Of a stretch of DNA of 64,000 nucleotides, positions 63,701 to 64,000 are shown piece after piece (the stretch's first letter is position 1; every line of letters starts with the position of its first letter). The DNA comes from Perkinsus chesapeaki ATCC PRA-425 (Eukaryota; Protista; Perkinsozoa). A program made the translations under genes and the position numbers. The DNA lies in contig JAAPAO010000095.1 of assembly GCA_013115145.1 (NCBI GenBank), positions 1 to 64,000 on the forward strand, in the 5' to 3' direction. A model generated the notes under the pieces. The model was given only the letters and a program-made list of their open reading frames with translations, ran no database searches and was not told the origin of the DNA.

Positions 63701-64000
63701 CTATGTAACAGAAATAGGCTACAACCAATCAGTCACAGCAGTCTACCTGCGGAAAGTTCGTCGATTAGCAAGGCGCGCGCGGTCACCAAAAGCGCATTAT
63801 GATGCTGTCCCCACGATACGTGGATTGAATGACTTCCCTCTTAGTTTCCCTCTTAACCCCCTTCCTAGAGCTGTGGAAAGCAGCACTTATATGAGCGTCG
63901 TCCCTGGTGTCGGCCAAAGTAATGCCCTTAATGAAGGCACTCCGCCTCAGACCGCCCAGAGGTTATCAATAACAGAGTCTGTGTCGAGCTCTCGCAGGGG

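Noticed and set aside
1-64000. Spliced-leader RNA gene, SL relics, snRNA or rRNA
   Set aside because: I found no CCGTAGCCAT(C/T)TTGGCTCAAG-like or U2/U5/U6/5S signature by eye. An Infernal scan would be more sensitive.

Overview
Gene-dense eukaryotic DNA of roughly balanced GC content, with many very short (about 38-60 nt) GT-AG introns, long same-strand gene runs and several intergenic gaps of only 70-200 nt. Architecture and gene content best fit a perkinsozoan alveolate (Perkinsus); this is inference, not a database result. Gene order, with exon boundaries spliced by hand and approximate: (-) signal-peptide SAM methyltransferase, DHODH, USP20/33-like protease, bacterial-type IF2, unknown protein(s); (+) three PLAC8 paralogues, a hypothetical protein, a helical-repeat/RAP protein; (-) tRNA-Pro, TMEM184, repeat protein 1; (+) tRNA-Val; (-) ASPDH, with an antisense tRNA-Met inside one intron, then repeat protein 2; (+) GT2 polysaccharide-synthase-like gene, truncated subtilisin joined to an MFS remnant, intact MFS, intact subtilisin; (-) Piezo, RPAP1, FPPS, SNW1. 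I found no CRISPR array, rRNA or intact transposon, and no single co-functional novel cluster is demonstrable. The best leads are a class-2-architecture DHODH with a class-1-type catalytic Cys, a UBA-like insert in Piezo, a non-canonical GT2 synthase, the intron-nested tRNA, and a reconstructable subtilisin/MFS duplication-deletion.
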